A stretch of DNA of 61,899 bases, filler included, from Deltaproteobacteria bacterium (GTDB taxonomy: Bacteria > JAEEML01), in assembly GCA_016283195.1 (NCBI GenBank). It is 6 parts of 6 records of this genome, joined end to end, with 100 filler letters (N's around TTAATTAATTAA, not from the genome) between each part and the next. Parts side by side here need not be neighbours in the genome. Positions count along the whole stretch, not along the records: positions 48,901 to 51,551 come from JAEEML010000074.1; positions 51,652 to 61,899 come from JAEEML010000010.1; 4 more parts are not named here. One strand, 5' to 3'. The notes beneath the pieces are model-generated. The model was not told the origin of the DNA and searched no databases. It saw only the letters and a list, made by a program, of their open reading frames with translations. This document shows positions 49,211 through 58,614 of this stretch, in pieces (position 1 is the first letter of the stretch; each line of letters begins with the position of its first letter). The position numbers and the translations under genes are program-made.

Positions 49211-49247
49211 ACTGCACTCCTTGTGCCAATGGGCACGGAAAAATTCG

Positions 49248-49328
49248 TTAGGTCTTTTCAAGACCTAATATACAGGGTACCCTGTAAAATTTTGAAAAAA
49301 TGGCGCGATCGCCCGCCTGCGGCGGGCG
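49248..49328. promoter_or_regulatory. Cluster of palindromes upstream of the lipoprotein gene
   Basis: TTAGGTCTT-TTC-AAGACCTAA; perfect TACAGGGTACCCTGTA; CGCCCGCC-TGC-GGCGGGCG. Confidence 0.5.
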
Positions 49329-49422
49329 CCAATTTGCCCCAAGTTGCGCCGCTCCCCATATCTTCCCTCTTGGCCGCCATGCCCTAGGTGTGCTAAAATA
49401 TTTGCCATGTTTGGAGGTTTAC

Positions 49423-49585
49423 ATGGCTTCGCGCAAGAAACTCAGCAATATTAGCAAATTACCGCCGCTTACTCCCTCACCCCGCCGCTTCGCGGCACCC
49501 TTTGGCCAAAAAATTCATGACTCTTGGCCATACCAAAGAAGAAGCTGCCGAGTTTGCCGAAATAGATGTAAAATTGCTTGATTAA
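49423..49585 (+). pseudogene. Possible internally deleted Rpn-like gene
   Basis: GGAGG-ATG MASRKKLSNISKLPPLT, then in another frame LAKKFMTLGHTKEEAAEFAEIDVKLLD*. Confidence 0.35.
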
Positions 49586-49971
49586 TAGTGTAAAGATTTC
49601 TTCCGCCGGCATATTCAATTTTTCTAAACAAACTCCTGACATAAGTAAAAGAAGTATATTGGCCCAAGCCCTACAAGGTAGGACAAAGATAAGTTATAGA
49701 TAAGCGCTGGGGAGATGATATATCACACGGCGAGGGCCGTGCGGTGTATTGCCAATATGCCGTAAACATTAGCTAAACTACGCTTGATGCGAAAATGGGT
49801 AAGCAATTTGGTCACCGAGCCCGGGGGCCTGGTCGGCTGTCCCGCCTAGTGAACTCTAGTTGAAAAAAACGATATAAAAGGTTATATACCGAGCGTTTCT
49901 GGTGGTTTTACCAGTTTTTCTTAATAGAAAAATCCATTTCCGATTTGACCAAGTGGCAACAGGGGACAAAT

Positions 49972-50298
49972 ATGGCCTCATCAAAAGAATATCTTGATTA
50001 CATTTTGGAGCAACTGGAATTGGCCCATCTGGAGGGTATCACCTATAAAGCCATGATGGGCGAGTATATCCTCTATCGCCAGGGCAAAATTTTTGGCGGC
50101 ATTTACGATGAGCGCTTTTTGCTTAAACCCACCAAAGCGGCTCTTGCTCTTATGCCGGATGCCCGGCGGGAAATACCTTACCCGGGGGCCAAAGAGATGC
50201 TCCTGGTGGAAGAAGCGGAAGATAGCGATTTTTTGCGGGAGCTGATTATCAAAACCTGCGCTGAACTGCCGGAGCCCAAAGCGAGAAGGACAAAATGA
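49972..50298 (+). CDS. TfoX/Sxy N-terminal domain protein
   Basis: MASSKEYLDYILEQL, YKAMMGEY, GGIYDERFL, PYPGAKEM. Confidence 0.85.
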   Translation: MASSKEYLDYILEQLELAHLEGITYKAMMGEYILYRQGKIFGGIYDERFLLKPTKAALALMPDARREIPYPGAKEMLLVEEAEDSDFLRELIIKTCAELPEPKARRTK

Positions 50299-50412
50299 GA
50301 GCTCACTTATCAGCTGTGATTGGAAGAAAATTCTGCTGCAATTTCCCAAATATTTAGCACAATAGTGTCTGTGCCTGGTGCTCAAAATCAGCGCTAATTT
50401 TAAGGAAGTGGA

Positions 50413-51054
50413 ATGAAAAACGGTATTATCCCAGACCCCAATGTGATTCACCCGCTCAAAGATTACCAAAATGAAATATATGTGAAACCGCAAATTAAAA
50501 ATCCTCATATTATTGTTGGAGAATTTACTTATATTGCCGCAGCGGATTTTGAGAGCCATGTAACTCACCTCTACGATTGGAACGGCGACTCCCTGATAAT
50601 CGGCAAATTTTGCCAGATAGCCGCTGGGGTGGAGTTTATTATGAACGGCGCTAATCACCAGATGAATGGTGTTAGCACCTATCCTTTTTATACGCTCCCC
50701 GGTTGGAATGCCGAGCCGCCCGCTTTGGCTGATTTACCGCTTAAAGGCGATACAGTCATTGGAAATGATGTGTGGATTGGGCAAAATGCCGTCATAATGC
50801 CCGGCGTCCATATTGGTGATGGAGCGATTATCGGCGCCAATGCGGTGGTGGCGGCGGATGTGGCTCCTTATACCATTGTGGTGGGGAATCCGGCGCGCCC
50901 AGTAAAAAAGCGCTTTGATGATGAACTCATTGAATTATTGCAGAAATTTAAGTGGTGGGATAAGCCTATAGAAGAAATTGATGCTCTTATTCCGCTTTTG
51001 ACCTCCAGCGATTTAGAAAAGGTGCGCGTGGAGCTCAAAGAGAGAATAGGCTAG
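50413..51054 (+). CDS. Vat/CatB-related xenobiotic O-acetyltransferase
   Basis: IGKFCQIA, NGANHQM, STYPF, KGDTVIGNDVWIG hexapeptide repeats, KWWD. Confidence 0.9.
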   Translation: MKNGIIPDPNVIHPLKDYQNEIYVKPQIKNPHIIVGEFTYIAAADFESHVTHLYDWNGDSLIIGKFCQIAAGVEFIMNGANHQMNGVSTYPFYTLPGWNAEPPALADLPLKGDTVIGNDVWIGQNAVIMPGVHIGDGAIIGANAVVAADVAPYTIVVGNPARPVKKRFDDELIELLQKFKWWDKPIEEIDALIPLLTSSDLEKVRVELKERIG

Positions 51055-51097
51055 GGCACTTTTGCTTCTTCTTTTTCACCCGCTCCCCATTTTCCCA

Positions 51098-51551
51098 TTA
51101 TGCCGCCCGCTCCAGAGCCGGTAAATTCCTTATTTGCTCCTTCAAAATATTTAAAAGCTCCCCATCGCTTTTTAGATAATCTTTGACTTTGTCGCGCCCC
51201 TGGCCAATGCGCTTATCCTGATAAGAAAACCAGCTGCCGCTCTTGGTGATTAAGCCATGTTCTATAGCAATATCAACAACTTCTCCAAGCTGGCTGATGC
51301 CTTCGCCATAGAGAATATCAAATTCGGCCTCGGCAAAGGGAGCGGCCAGTTTATTCTTAACCACTTTTACTCTGGTGCGGTTGCCGATGATGTAATCATG
51401 ATCTTTAATAGCCCCGATGCGTCTTATATCGAGGCGCATTGAAGCATAAAATTTTAGAGCATTGCCGCCGGTGGTAGTCTCCGGATTGCCAAACATCACC
51501 CCCAGTTTTTGGCGAATTTGGTTAATAAAAATCAGCATGGTGTTGCTCTGG
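51098..51551 (-). CDS. recA: RecA, C-terminal part (5' truncated by gap)
   Basis: [47 protein letters not shown]. Confidence 0.95.
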
Positions 51552-51651
51552 NNNNNNNNNNNNNNNNNNNNNNNNNNNNNNNNNNNNNNNNNNNNTTAAT
51601 TAATTAANNNNNNNNNNNNNNNNNNNNNNNNNNNNNNNNNNNNNNNNNNNN
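51552..51651. other. Artificial contig linker
   Basis: N run around TTAATTAATTAA. Confidence 0.98.
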
Positions 51652-51653
51652 AT

Positions 51654-51788
51654 CCGCAACTCCCGGTGATTATAGATTTTATTCGTGCTGAACTTGAGCG
51701 GCAAAAGGCCATTTCCATAGATCTTACGGCAGATAATAAAAAAGATATCTCGGCGCTCAATCGCTGCCTGGCGGAGGTGATTAGGTAG
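51654..51788 (+). CDS. C-terminal fragment, probably an RlaP/YcgL-like nucleotidyltransferase (5' truncated)
   Basis: Hand translation PQLPVIIDFIRAELERQKAI...DISALNRCLAEVIR*. Confidence 0.45.
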   Translation, partial: PQLPVIIDFIRAELERQKAISIDLTADNKKDISALNRCLAEVIR

Positions 51789-51906
51789 GCAAGGTGCCGC
51801 GGGCGGCTCTCCTTACCCCGCACTATGCTGTGCCCCTCTATTTTTACCAATGGTGAGTGTTGGGGTGGGGATGAAAATGTAGAGTGTGTTAGCGCTAAGG
51901 AATGCG

Positions 51907-54477
51907 CTACAGCCGGGGATCCACCGGCTCGCTCTCCAGCGCCAATACACCAAAAGCGCATTCATGTACCCGATAAAGCGGCTCATTTTTAACAAAACGG
52001 TTAAGCCCCTCAAGTCCCAGCGCAAATTCTTTGAGCGCCAGGCGCCGCTTGTGGTTAAGTGAGCGGACTTTAAGTCTTTTAAGATGCTCCGGTGTCAAAT
52101 ATTCCGGCCCGTAAATAATGCGCAAATATTCCCGCCCGCGGCATTTTATCGCCGGTTGCAAGAGCTTTTGCCCTAAAAAGGCGGTATATGTTTCCGGTTT
52201 TACCACCATGCCTTCGCCGCCGCTTGCCGTCAGCTTGAGCCACCAGCTAACACCGGCTTGCACACTCTCACTATCGGCGGTATCTACTTCCAAATAGGGA
52301 GTGGCGATAAAAATATTATCAATGCCGGTAAAATATTTGCGGATATTTTCCATGTGCCAGCTGTGCTTTTCCCGGCCAAAAACCTGCCCTTCGGTTGCCA
52401 AAATGTGGAAGGGAGCCAGGCGAAAATCATTAACGCTGTTTACCGGCCAGGAGTACTCGCGGTAGGCTTTTATATACTGCTCTATAGCTTGCGCTTTTTC
52501 CTGATAGCGCGTTACGAGCTCATTAAGATTGACATTTTGCCCGGAGGTGAGGGCTGCTACCTCCGGCGCGCTACCCGGCCGCCCGGCGGCAGCTTTTAGG
52601 GCCAAAGAGGCCGCTTTGAGGCTGTTTTTGGCCGCATTGCCTGTTGTGGCATATTGGCTCAAAATGAGCCCCTTGGCCTTTTCCGACCAGGGCATGAGCT
52701 CACAATCCAGGCAGAGCCAGTCGGTTTTAAAATCAGCATAAAATCCCGTTTTACGGAGCACACTACTTAGGCGGCCCAGAATTTCCTTTTCCACATTTTC
52801 AGCACTAAAAAAGCGCCGCCCGGTGCGGGTGTAAATAATGCCGCGCTCGCCGTTTTTTATACCAAAGCGCCTGGCGGCCGTCTCCGGCGAATCACAAAGC
52901 ACGATAACTGCCCGTGAACCCATGTGTTTTTGCTCACAAATAACCTTTTGCACTCCCTGGCTTTTATAATATTCAAAAGCTTCCAGGGGGTGCTCCAGAT
53001 AATCATCCAGAGGGCTGGTTTCGCAGGGCGACATGGTGGGCGGCAGGTAGATGAGCCAGTGCGGGTCGGCAGCAAAACGCGACATTATTTCCAGCGCGGC
53101 GGCAGAGTTATTCTCATGAATATCAATGCCCGTCATGAGCTCGGTTTCAATATGCAGCTTTTTGTTTACATCGCTCAAAGTGAGCAAATCACCAAGACCG
53201 GCCTCATCCTCATCGGCCCAGGGTTTTATTCTTTCGGCATATTGTTTAAGCGCGGGCACGGAGACAATCTCCCGCTCCGGATAGCGCAAAGCGCTCAATT
53301 TGCCGCCGTAAGCACAGCCGGTATCAATACAATAGGTGTTGTTTTTAGCCACAACTTTGCGGGCAGAAATATGGCCATAGACAATAGTGGCCCGCCCGCG
53401 GTAGTCGGCCGCCCAGTCGATTCTTTGCGGCAGGCCATATTCATCTGGCTCGCCACTTGTTTCGCCGTAGAGGCAAAATTCTCTGATGCAGGCCGAAGTG
53501 CGGCCGATATATTCTTCTTTTATGCCGGCATGGGTAATCACCAATTTGCCGTCATCGAGCACATAATGGCTGATGAGGCTGTCTATAAATTCTGCCGCCT
53601 CTTTTTTAAAAGCGGGATCGGCCGCGGCAAATTCGGCTTCTGTTTTATCAAAACCATGTTGCATTGAGGGATTTTTGCCGTTTAAATAGCGCAAAAGTTT
53701 GGCATCGTGATTGCCGGGCACAGCCAGCGCTCCGGCCTCTTTAACTTGGCGCATTACCAGCTTGAGGGCAGCTATATTCTCTGCGCCACGGTCGCAAAAA
53801 TCACCCAAAAAAGCCAGGCGCCGCCCGGCAGGGTGGTAGTAAAGGCCAGCTTTTTCTTCATAGCCCAATTTGGCCAAAAGCAGCTTTAATTCTTCATAGC
53901 AGCCGTGAATATCGCCGATTATATCAAAAGGGCCGTGTTCAGAACGCTTGTCAGTCCAGAGCTTTTGACGAATAATTTCAATATCTTCGAGCTCTTCCGG
54001 CGTATTTATCTCATAGACAAACCGAAAGCCCTCTTGGCGCAGATTTTTAAGAGAGTAGCGGGTATCTCGCGCGTGCTGGCGAATGACCTGGGCTGGCAGG
54101 CGGCGCTCGGCGCGCGCTTTATTGCGCTCCAGGAGAATATTTTCCGGCATGTTGAGCACAATAGCCACCGCGTGCACATTTTGCTCATGGGCCAGGGCGA
54201 GCACTCTGGCCCGGGCGCTTTTTTTGATATTGGTGGCGTCTATGACCGTGAGCTTCATCTGTTTGAGGCGCTTTTGGGCGGCGTAATAGAGCAGGTCAAA
54301 AGCTTCGGCCGAAATGCTCTGGTCGTTTTCGTCGTCACATATCATGCCGCGGAAAAAGTCGGAGGAGAGCACCTCGGTGGGCTTAAAATACTTTTGGGCA
54401 AAGGTTGATTTGCCGGAAGAAGAAGAACCCACCAGCGCCACTAGGGAGAATTCCGGGATTTCTATTTGCTTAGTCAT
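51907..54477 (-). CDS. pnkp: Polynucleotide kinase-phosphatase-ligase Pnkp
   Basis: GSSSSGKST kinase; GDIHG, GDFCDRG, GNHD phosphatase; EQKHMGSR, GEGMVVKP, KCRGREYL ligase; ends DPRL. Confidence 0.95.
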   Translation of the reverse strand: MTKQIEIPEFSLVALVGSSSSGKSTFAQKYFKPTEVLSSDFFRGMICDDENDQSISAEAFDLLYYAAQKRLKQMKLTVIDATNIKKSARARVLALAHEQNVHAVAIVLNMPENILLERNKARAERRLPAQVIRQHARDTRYSLKNLRQEGFRFVYEINTPEELEDIEIIRQKLWTDKRSEHGPFDIIGDIHGCYEELKLLLAKLGYEEKAGLYYHPAGRRLAFLGDFCDRGAENIAALKLVMRQVKEAGALAVPGNHDAKLLRYLNGKNPSMQHGFDKTEAEFAAADPAFKKEAAEFIDSLISHYVLDDGKLVITHAGIKEEYIGRTSACIREFCLYGETSGEPDEYGLPQRIDWAADYRGRATIVYGHISARKVVAKNNTYCIDTGCAYGGKLSALRYPEREIVSVPALKQYAERIKPWADEDEAGLGDLLTLSDVNKKLHIETELMTGIDIHENNSAAALEIMSRFAADPHWLIYLPPTMSPCETSPLDDYLEHPLEAFEYYKSQGVQKVICEQKHMGSRAVIVLCDSPETAARRFGIKNGERGIIYTRTGRRFFSAENVEKEILGRLSSVLRKTGFYADFKTDWLCLDCELMPWSEKAKGLILSQYATTGNAAKNSLKAASLALKAAAGRPGSAPEVAALTSGQNVNLNELVTRYQEKAQAIEQYIKAYREYSWPVNSVNDFRLAPFHILATEGQVFGREKHSWHMENIRKYFTGIDNIFIATPYLEVDTADSESVQAGVSWWLKLTASGGEGMVVKPETYTAFLGQKLLQPAIKCRGREYLRIIYGPEYLTPEHLKRLKVRSLNHKRRLALKEFALGLEGLNRFVKNEPLYRVHECAFGVLALESEPVDPRL

Positions 54478-55855
54478 ATTTGCTAAAAACTCCCATTTGA
54501 GTTGGCGCGCCTGCCGCCTCATCTGCCGCGCCGATGCCGCTTATTTTTACGGAATAGCCAAATTTATCGGCCACTTCTCCCGCCCAGGCGGCAAACTCGG
54601 CCCGCGTCCATTCAAAACGGTGGTCGGGATGGCGCAGGCTGTTATCCTCTAATTTGGCGTAATTCTTGTTATATTCGCTATTTGGAGTGGTGATAATCAC
54701 CGTTTTCGGGGCGGCAAATTCAAAGAGAATGCGCGCAAAAGCGGGCAGGCGCAAGGGCTCGATATGCTCGATAACTTCAATAACGGCAGCGCAGTCGTAG
54801 CCTTTAAAGCGCTCGTCGCGGTAGGTTAGGGAGGCTTGAATGAGGGTCAATTTTTCTCTTATATTTTCCGGCAGTTGCTCTGTTTTCAGCCGGGCTGCTG
54901 CCTTTTCCAGCGCCGAGACAGCCACATCGGCGGCTGTCACCCTTTTTATCTGTGCTTCTTTTAATAAGAGAGCCGTGAGCCGCCCCTCGCCGCAGCCCAG
55001 GTCGATGACACTTTGGGCGCCGCTATTTAAAATAGCCGCTTTTACAGTGGTGAGCCGCTCGCTATTTAGCGGATTATGCGCCGCTTTTTCCGCTGAAATT
55101 TCCGCCTGTTCGCTCTCTTCTTCACCGGGCGGCAAAAGAGCTTTCAGCGCCGCATGCACATAGCTCTTTCTGGCGGCCAGATAGCGGCGAGTGATCTTTT
55201 CTTTGGCTGGGTGCTTTTCCAGCCAGCCGCTACCGTGTTTAAGCAGCTTATCTATCTCGTCTTCGGCGGTGTAATAGTGCTTTTTAGGGTCAAAAACAGG
55301 AATTAAAACATATAGATGATTGAGTAGCTCCGTGAGGCGCAGCGTGCCTTTAAGGGTTAAATTGATATAAGGCGAGGGGCCCCATTCCGGAAAGCGCTCA
55401 TCCAGCAAAGTGCGCTCTATGGTCACTGTGTAACCAAGCGGTTCAAAGAGCTCATGAGCCAGGTTTTGTGCGCCGTTATCCTTTAGCGAATAGAGGGTGG
55501 CGCTCAGATTCAAGGCTTTTTGTAGCAAATCCGGGCGTTTTTCGCAGCGGCCGCTTAAGGCAGTGCTTAAAACACGGGCAATAGCGGTGCTCATAAATGA
55601 AGTAGTGGCGTAGGGGCGGTCGTTTACATAATCAAAAAGGCCGCCTTCGCCGCTGCCATCTTTGCCTCTGGCCAGATCCAGCGGGTCGATATCCAGCAAA
55701 AGAGCGGCAGTGGTGCGGAAAGAGCTCACTTCCGGGTAAAAGAAGTAGGCCCGGCCAAAAGAGAGCTCAAATTGCTGCGGCCGCTCCGGGTTCTTGTGCA
55801 GCAAAAAGCCAATCTCCTGGCTATTGGGGCCGGTATGAGTGATAGTAAGTAACAA
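54470..55855 (-). CDS. hen1: 3'-terminal RNA ribose 2'-O-methyltransferase Hen1
   Basis: FLLHKNP, YVNDRPY, DLGCGEG, EVIEH, TTPN.EYN, HPDHRFEW; overlaps the pnkp start. Confidence 0.95.
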   Translation of the reverse strand: MLLTITHTGPNSQEIGFLLHKNPERPQQFELSFGRAYFFYPEVSSFRTTAALLLDIDPLDLARGKDGSGEGGLFDYVNDRPYATTSFMSTAIARVLSTALSGRCEKRPDLLQKALNLSATLYSLKDNGAQNLAHELFEPLGYTVTIERTLLDERFPEWGPSPYINLTLKGTLRLTELLNHLYVLIPVFDPKKHYYTAEDEIDKLLKHGSGWLEKHPAKEKITRRYLAARKSYVHAALKALLPPGEEESEQAEISAEKAAHNPLNSERLTTVKAAILNSGAQSVIDLGCGEGRLTALLLKEAQIKRVTAADVAVSALEKAAARLKTEQLPENIREKLTLIQASLTYRDERFKGYDCAAVIEVIEHIEPLRLPAFARILFEFAAPKTVIITTPNSEYNKNYAKLEDNSLRHPDHRFEWTRAEFAAWAGEVADKFGYSVKISGIGAADEAAGAPTQMGVFSKYD

Positions 55856-56163
55856 ATGGAGCCTCCGTTTTTAAGGTGTGGCCATTTTTGCTGTTAGGGC
55901 AGCAAATTTAGCAGTAAAAATAGCATAATAATATAATATGTCAATACTAAATTCTGAAAGTACAGGATCACATCTACTCAATAAAGATATCGCTAGGAAG
56001 CAATTTAACGAACAGGGCAGATATTAAAGAAAATAATAATAGATTTTCCTGGATTATGCAGGCTATTCCGTTATATTGAACAGCGGTTGCTTGTGTGCCT
56101 CACAAGTTGCGAGTTTACGCTAAGTTGGCTTTTTTAATCAATTTTAACAAGCTATGCTAAAAC

Positions 56164-57354
56164 ATGATACCAAATAACGACTGGATTTCCGAACAAATCA
56201 AATATGTTTGCGATAATTATCAAAAACGGGCAGCCGGTTCTCAAAGTGTGCGCCGGTGCATGGAATTCATGGCCGAGCAGGTTAAACCGTGGGCCGACAA
56301 AGTGCAAATAGAGCCTTTTACCTTGCATCGCCAGCCATTTGTGGGCAGTATTCCATTGCTCTCGCTTGTCGGTTTAAGCGGCATTATTTGTTTTGCTTTA
56401 TCATGTGTTTGGCCCTCTTCTCTCCTTGCCATCATGAGTCCGCTGCTACTTGCCGCGTCTTTTATATTCTGGTTTTTGGAATTTGGCCTTTATCGGCAGG
56501 CTATTGATTTTTTATTTCCCAAATATCAAGCAATTAATGTTTTTGCCGCCAGAAAAGCCAAAATAGAGTCGCGCCGGCGCATTATTATTGCCGGCCATGC
56601 CGATGCCGCTTATGAAATGACTTTTTTCCTAAAGCTTAAGGCCTGGCAAATTTATACCCTCATCATTTTAACCATTCTTGGCATGATATCTTGTTTGGTT
56701 ATTGGCATTATACATGCCATTGGTGCTAGTGCTGCTGCTATGCCGCTTTTTGCTGGCATCGAAGCCCTCTCTTTTGTTATTTTTTTACCTTGGCTGTTCT
56801 TTATCAATTGGAAAAGAGTTGTAGATGGTGCCAATGATAATCTCACCGGCTGTTATATTGGGCTAAATATTTTGCGCGAAATGGCCCAAAATGACGAGCG
56901 CCTTAATTATACCGATGTCTGCTGCCTGATTACCGATGGTGAAGAAAGCGGCCTTAGAGGGGCAATTGCCTACGCCCGCGAGCATCAAAAGGAATTGCTT
57001 GAAAGTAATACCATTGTTATCGCCCTAGATACTATTCATGATCCCAAGGAACTCGCTATTTACCATCGCGGTATCAATTTTACGCAAAAAAATAGCCCGG
57101 ATGTTTGCGCTTTAATCGCCGAAGCTGCTAAGTCTTGCAATCTTCATGTGCCTTATACCGATTTCTATCCCGGGGCAACAGATGCCGAGGCCTTTTCGCG
57201 CTATGGTGTAAAAGCCGCAGCAATTTGTGCTGTTCAGCATTCTCCCACTGATTACTACCATACGCGGCGCGACACCTCTGATAATATTAATGCGGAATGT
57301 ATAAATATTACTCAAACGCTCGTAAAAACGGCTATGAGATTATATGATGAATAA
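56164..57354 (+). CDS. Membrane M28 family peptidase
   Basis: GHAD, GANDN, GEESGLRG, YYHT; four TMs. Confidence 0.85.
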   Translation: MIPNNDWISEQIKYVCDNYQKRAAGSQSVRRCMEFMAEQVKPWADKVQIEPFTLHRQPFVGSIPLLSLVGLSGIICFALSCVWPSSLLAIMSPLLLAASFIFWFLEFGLYRQAIDFLFPKYQAINVFAARKAKIESRRRIIIAGHADAAYEMTFFLKLKAWQIYTLIILTILGMISCLVIGIIHAIGASAAAMPLFAGIEALSFVIFLPWLFFINWKRVVDGANDNLTGCYIGLNILREMAQNDERLNYTDVCCLITDGEESGLRGAIAYAREHQKELLESNTIVIALDTIHDPKELAIYHRGINFTQKNSPDVCALIAEAAKSCNLHVPYTDFYPGATDAEAFSRYGVKAAAICAVQHSPTDYYHTRRDTSDNINAECINITQTLVKTAMRLYDE

Positions 57355-57425
57355 GGCTTTAAAAAAAAATGAAATTTTCGGAAAACAGCCTGCTACTGAA
57401 AGAATGATTGTGAGGGAAATTATTT

Positions 57426-58256
57426 ATGATTGAGCATACTTATACGACGCAATGCGGCAGTATTCATTATTGGGTAAATAAGAGCGCAGAACATAATTGC
57501 CCGCAGTTGATTTTTCTGCCGGGGCTAACTGCCGACCACCGGCTTTTCGAGAAACAAATCGAGTATTTTAGCGGGCGCTATCCGCTTTTTGTCTGGGATG
57601 CGCCAGGCCATGCTGCTTCCTGGCCCTTTGAGTTTAATTTTACCTTGGCGGATAAGGCTAAGTGGCTGGATGAAATTCTTGTTAAAGAAGAATTTGAAAA
57701 TCCGCTAATTATCGGGCAATCTATGGGCGGGTATGTGGGGCAAGTCTATGCGCAGTTATTCCCGGAAAAGCTTAGAGGCTTTATTTCCGTTGATTCAGCA
57801 CCCTTGCAGCGCCAATACTTAACAGCTGCGGAAATATGGCTCTTAAAGAGAATGGAGCCGGTTTACCGCTATTATCCTTGGAAAGCGCTCCTAAAAGGCG
57901 GCACTAATGGCGTTGCTACATCAGAATATGGCCGCAGTCTTATGCGTAGCATTATGCTGGTTTATGATGGTGATAAAGAGCGCTATGCCAAACTTGCCGG
58001 TCACGGTTTCCGCATATTGGCTGAAGCGCTGGAAGCCAATCTCCCCTATGAGATTAGGTGCCCGGCGCTTCTTATTTGCGGTGATAAAGATCGCGCTGGT
58101 TCTTGTATCAGGTATAATAGAGCTTGGCACAAGAAAACGGGCATTCCAATTGAATGGATCAAAGGGGCAGGGCATAATTCCAATACCGATGCCCCGGAAA
58201 TAGTTAACCACTTAATTGAAAAGCAGATTTCCTCTATACAAAAAGAGAATTTTTAG
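57426..58256 (+). CDS. Alpha/beta hydrolase
   Basis: DAPGH, GQSMGG, GDKD, AGHNSN. Confidence 0.9.
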   Translation: MIEHTYTTQCGSIHYWVNKSAEHNCPQLIFLPGLTADHRLFEKQIEYFSGRYPLFVWDAPGHAASWPFEFNFTLADKAKWLDEILVKEEFENPLIIGQSMGGYVGQVYAQLFPEKLRGFISVDSAPLQRQYLTAAEIWLLKRMEPVYRYYPWKALLKGGTNGVATSEYGRSLMRSIMLVYDGDKERYAKLAGHGFRILAEALEANLPYEIRCPALLICGDKDRAGSCIRYNRAWHKKTGIPIEWIKGAGHNSNTDAPEIVNHLIEKQISSIQKENF

Positions 58257-58293
58257 AGAGTGCTTGGCTATTAAAAAAATATATGCCCAAAAA

Positions 58294-58599
58294 TTATAGA
58301 GTTGAGAGCACTTTTTGCAATTGTTCATTAGAACGGGCGCTTAGCGGTTTATAGGAAATGCCCATGCCATCGGGCTGAATATGCACCACTCGGCCTTCCA
58401 CAGCGGCAGTTTGCCCGCTCTGCGGGTGGCGGATGACCACCAGCATTTTGGTGCCCACCGGGAAGCGTTCATCCACTTCGGCAAAGAGGCCTATTGGAGA
58501 GATGTTTTTGGTATAACCGCTGACCATATAGCCGCCGGAACCGGGTTGCAAAAGAACCTCAGCTTTGGCTTCCATGCGTTTCATAGCGCGCTTTTCCAT
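58294..58599 (-). CDS. PilZ domain protein
   Basis: RxxxR (RAMKR) and NxSxxG (NISPIG). Confidence 0.85.
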   Translation of the reverse strand: MEKRAMKRMEAKAEVLLQPGSGGYMVSGYTKNISPIGLFAEVDERFPVGTKMLVVIRHPQSGQTAAVEGRVVHIQPDGMGISYKPLSARSNEQLQKVLSTL

Positions 58600-58614
58600 A
58601 AAAAACCTCGCTTT

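Noticed and set aside
49586-49945. Unexplained intergenic stretch
   Set aside because: I could not support a convincing ORF, repeat or fold by eye.
51098-55855. recA next to hen1-pnkp as a joint repair locus
   Set aside because: The linker at 51552-51651 separates them.
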